Assembly (NCBI GenBank): GCA_032718475.1
Contig: JAUCBJ010000331.1
Coordinates: 2,157 to 66,156 of the forward strand
Source of the DNA: Nemertoderma westbladi
Taxonomy: Eukaryota > Animalia > Xenacoelomorpha
Direction: 5' to 3'
Length of the DNA: 64,000 nt
In this document: positions 61,407-64,000 of the stretch, in pieces
How positions within the stretch are numbered: the first letter of the stretch is position 1
Layout of the letters: every line of letters starts with the position of its first letter
The notes under the pieces: model-generated
What the model was told of the DNA's origin: nothing
Database searches by the model: none
What the model saw: the letters and a program-made list of their open reading frames with translations, nothing else
Made by a program: the position numbers and the translations under genes

Positions 61407-61890
61407 GGGGCCGTCCAAGTATGACGTCAGCACTTTAGGGGGGGTAGGGGGGTTGGGAAAATCTGATGACGTGCTGATGAGGGGAGGGGAGGGGGTCAGC
61501 CAAAATCTGACGTCAGCATGTTCATTTATAGGTGCTAGAAGAGATATAGCAGAAGAGTAAATAGCTTGCCTATTTTAATTGTTCGAAGGCCCCTACTGCC
61601 CTAGCACAACCTTCTGTTTCAGTTACCAGTCACCATGTTTCAGTGATTAGGACGCGTGCTACTGGGGTACTGCGGTACTGGGGTTCGCCTGAAAATGAAA
61701 CATCTTCATAATAAAAAAAAATAAAATAAAAAAATTTTTGTAATAAACTATTAAGTTTATTACAAATTTTTTTTTAATCTGATTTAGGGGGGGGGGGGGG
61801 GGTCAACGCCTATCTGATGACATCTGATTTAGGGGAGGGAGGGGGTTAACATTTTGGGGAAAAGTGCAGACGTCATACTTGGACGGCCCC
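61407..61890. mobile_element. PIF/Harbinger-like MITE
   Basis: 30-bp TIRs ggggccgtccaagtatgacgtc(a/t)gcacttt with one mismatch, and a TTA target duplication at 61404-61406 and 61891-61893. Confidence 0.88.
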
Positions 61891-62823
61891 TTAGAGAGGC
61901 GGGCTATATATAACAATTGCGATTTATATCAATGTGGTGTGTATTGAATCTAATGTTATTTAGTAGACACTACCTGAGTCAATTGCTGTTCTCTTCATGT
62001 GTGATCAAATATACTGACGGTCGGCAGAATAGTGTGCATGATTGTGAGTGTGATGTGACTGGTAACAAAGCATTTCCTAAAGAATGCGACTTATACTTTA
62101 ATCATAAGCCTTATCGTTGCGTTTAGTATAAGTCCTAGCTCTGTTTAAATAGATAGAGCGCCACGTCCTAAAGGAACTGTTAATATTTCCCGAAAGTTAA
62201 TAATATCTGTCAGAAATTAATTATTAGTGATCTATCGAATAATACAATAGGTTTACACTGCAACCTTACACTGCAATAATAAAATCTAAGCATCCGAATT
62301 CAGCCTCCCGGGTGTAGATCCATCGGGTGAATGATCGCGCATGGGCTGGCTTCGGCTAATGTTTTGTTTATTAGCATAAAATATTGTCGTATGCTAAAGG
62401 TGTGTTAATTAACTAAAAGACATATAAATTTTGGCAGGTTAAACTGCTAAAGGTCTTCAAAAGCGCGAACAGTAACAGTTATAATCTTATTGCAGTAGGC
62501 AATAAGGTTGCAAAATACCGTAGTGACTGGTAAAACTGAACCGGTACTTTGTAGGTCAGTAGGCCTAACTGTCATCACCGGTACCGGTACTGCTGTACAA
62601 GTACATTTAGTATTATTTCGATTGTGATCTATTGTATATTGTAGGCTGCCAGGGGAATAGGGATTGATCACCCCTCATTCTTTTGTATAGTTTACTTATT
62701 TCTGTCGGTTTTATTTACTAGTAGGCTAATATTGAGCAGAAGGCGTGTGACCCTGCTCAGATTGTTCAGATAATTGTAGGCTGAGCTGCTGTCTGACTGT
62801 TGTTGAGTTTGGAGAGATTGCGG

Positions 62824-63258
62824 TGTGTGTAGAGTTGGTCTGATAAAGTGCCGTTAGTAAGTTGGGGCAACCATATGCTGAAGGTCAATCCCCTCTTAAA
62901 GAATAAGTCGTACTACCGTGTTAGAACGCATACTAACTAACAGTTTCAGAGTCTGCATATACTGTAGTTTATTTAGGCTTGATCGTAGTCTGCCAGTGTT
63001 TTAGCCTGTGTTTGTTTGTGTGGTCTGTTCAGGTACCGTAATAGTTATTACTCAAATATTTGTAGGCTGGATTGTTGTCTAGCTATTTTTGGGTCTGAAG
63101 GGATTGCTGCGTGTGTAGAGTTGGTCTGATCAAGTGCCGTTAGTAAGTTGGGGCAGCCATAAGCGGTAAGGTCAATCCCCTCTTAAAGAGTAAGTCGTAC
63201 TACCGTGTTAGAACGCATACTAACTAACAGTTTCAGAATCTGCACATACAGTAGTTTG
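62824..63258. repeat. ~145-bp direct duplication
   Basis: gtgtgtagagttggtctgat..gtgccgttagtaagttggggca..cagtttcaga occurs at ~62825 and ~63111. Confidence 0.8.
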
Positions 63259-64000
63259 TTCCCAGCAAATACATATCCAGCGATTAGCACGCTAATAGCG
63301 GGATGTACCATCCTGCTAATATCCCGCTATTTTTATAAGATAATATCCGGATAATCGCCGTAAAAGTGGTCCCCGCTATAGCGGTGTTTTTAGCGGGATA
63401 ATTATCCGGTTTTTAGCGGTTCCTTAGCGGCACTTTAGCGTGGATTTAGCGGCATTTGTAGCTGCCCAGGTTAAAAAAAATTAGCTTTGTCCAATCACAT
63501 AGCGTTCCTTGTGCATACTCTGTGGATAGAGGAGGGGAGGGGGGGGGGGGGGTGGGGCTGGAGTGGTTAGCCTACCATACCTACCCTATGCCTACACCCT
63601 ACGGCCCTACACCTACAATACTCTATACAAACTGAGATGTAATCGTTTGAGTATAATAAGAGAATATATAATGCATTAAGACTTAGGAGTATCCTATATA
63701 ACTTTAAGCGATCATCAAAAAATATTAATTCGATTATTAAAATCTATATATTTGATCTTATTTACAATCATATTAGATAATTCATAATTATGAATTTATT
63801 AAAAATAATAAATTGTAAACTGTTTCTAATCGATTATTCGAAGACAAGAAACCATATATCTATCCAATAATTTCAGTTTTCTGCAAATTGAGGTAGTGTC
63901 GGGGGGTTGGGGTTGGTGGTTTATGTAAATGCAGTTTAATTTTTGACAGTTTAATATTTTTTTTTGTTCACTGCAAAAATGTACAAATGAAAATTTAAAT

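Overview
This is AT-rich animal (probably invertebrate) nuclear DNA dominated by repeats. It holds one host gene that the ORF track misses because it is spliced: a 3-exon, 90-aa Cks1/suc1 CDK regulatory subunit (9021-9079, 10019-10109, 32888-33010). Its 22.8-kb second intron is almost entirely two abutting tandem arrays. The first is 197 copies of a 38-bp unit made of the last 31 nt of exon 2 plus its splice donor (CAG|GTGAGTG), and its common variants are all synonymous in the Cks frame. The second is about 710 copies of a 20-bp unit carrying TACTTACCT, the U1 snRNA 5' end sequence and so the complement of a donor. A 5'-truncated CRE-type (RLE) LINE is inserted in the second array. Downstream are a 6-kb 16-bp satellite and two divergent BEL/Pao LTR retrotransposons, one near-intact and one decayed. 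Both carry, after pol and a block of structured repeats, an extra ORF encoding a WRN/Mut-7-like DEDDy-family 3'-5' exonuclease; the intact one also has C-terminal zinc knuckles. LINE fragments, MITEs and foldback elements fill the rest. Family assignments come from motif recognition by eye, not database searches.
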